Part shown: in pieces, positions 55,596-56,014 of the stretch
How the letters are laid out: every line of letters begins with the position of its first letter
Numbering within the stretch: position 1 is the stretch's first letter
NCBI GenBank assembly: GCA_017960855.1
Contig: JAGCYJ010000004.1
Span: 1 to 56,014, forward strand
Source of the DNA: Alphaproteobacteria bacterium
GTDB lineage: Bacteria; Pseudomonadota; Alphaproteobacteria; Rs-D84
Length of the DNA: 56,014 nt
Direction: 5' to 3'
The notes under the pieces: generated by a model
Told to the model about the DNA's origin: nothing
Seen by the model: only the letters and a program-made list of their open reading frames with translations
Database searches by the model: none
Made by a program: the position numbers and the translations under genes

Positions 55596-55929
55596 GCGGG
55601 CTTTCAAGTTGGGAACCAATTAAATCATGCTCTCAACCCCTGAAATTCGGCGGTTTACGGAACAAACGCTAAGAACGGGGTACCGGTTAAACTGCAAACA
55701 TTGTGAATAAAAGCAGCTCATCAAAATTCAAGAAGGGATGTGCAGACAGTTGAATTTGGATTATCCAAACTTTGACTAAGTCAAATGTGCATATCCTAGA
55801 CAGGTAGTAGGTTTACATATTAAACCTCGTTAAAAACTTGTCTTGCGAATAATCATATATGTAAAGACGAACTGAATTAAAGTCAGCTTTGTTTAAATAT
55901 GCACAGGACTTAAACCACAAGTTTTTTAA

Positions 55930-56014
55930 AACTTGAGAGTTTGATCCTGGCTCAGAACGAACGCTGGCGGCAGGTCTTAGGCATGCAAGTCGAACGGACG
56001 AAGCGAAAGCTTGC
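55930..56014 (+). rRNA. rrs: 16S rRNA gene, 5' end (partial; runs off the right edge)
   Basis: aacttgAGAGTTTGATCCTGGCTCAGAACGAACGCTGGCGGCAGG...CATGCAAGTCGAACGG contains the universal 27F site and an alphaproteobacteria-type AACGAACGCTGGCGGCAGG. Confidence 0.95.

Noticed and set aside
1-56014. Searched by eye for CRISPR arrays, IS elements, integrases, phage genes, toxin-antitoxin pairs and known defence genes
   Set aside because: None were recognisable. The only repeat families seen are the terminator hairpins and the single palindromic element reported above.

Overview
This is a moderately AT-rich, gene-dense chromosomal window from an alphaproteobacterium-like organism. The partial 16S 5' end at the right edge and the gene content support that. 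It reads like a rearranged, possibly host-associated genome, because the conserved operons are broken up. Most of it is core housekeeping: pnp (partial), der, infC, pal, parAB-rsmG, gpsA, sspB-like, recF, a TolC-MacA-MacB export set, bamB-like/yfgM-like, rpoH, rsuA/rluB-like, rsmE, nusA-infB, lptF/G-lptD-surA-like-rlmN, skp-lpxD-fabZ, dnaX, rluD, tRNA-Cys, tRNA-Val and the start of an rRNA operon. I saw no transposase, integrase, CRISPR array or recognisable defence gene. Five non-core elements stand out. (1) An operon at 42.1-47.1 kb encodes three tandem, very large (about 400-450 aa) proteins with prepilin-type N-termini and a shared PilV/shufflon-like internal motif, followed by a ZitP-like zinc-ribbon/TM protein and a small secreted protein. 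(2) A small classical pilin gene overlapping an OmpA-like lipoprotein gene sits between dnaX and skp. (3) A stand-alone type IV coupling protein (VirD4/TraG/DotL-like) has no other T4SS genes nearby. (4) Two giant cysteine-rich secreted proteins (1031 and 790 aa) share a recurring C-x6-C-x4/6-C-x4-7-C module, and a third secreted Cys-containing protein lies next to the rRNA operon. (5) DNA-level signals include a conserved ACACCGGY-N4-RCCGGTGT bidirectional terminator family, a roughly 100 bp palindromic MITE/RPE-like element, parS-like palindromes, three phased CGAATCG (GANTC-containing) repeats upstream of the rRNA promoter, an AUU start for infC, and several candidate leaderless promoters. 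All functional calls rest on reading the translated ORFs and motif recognition. No database search was run.
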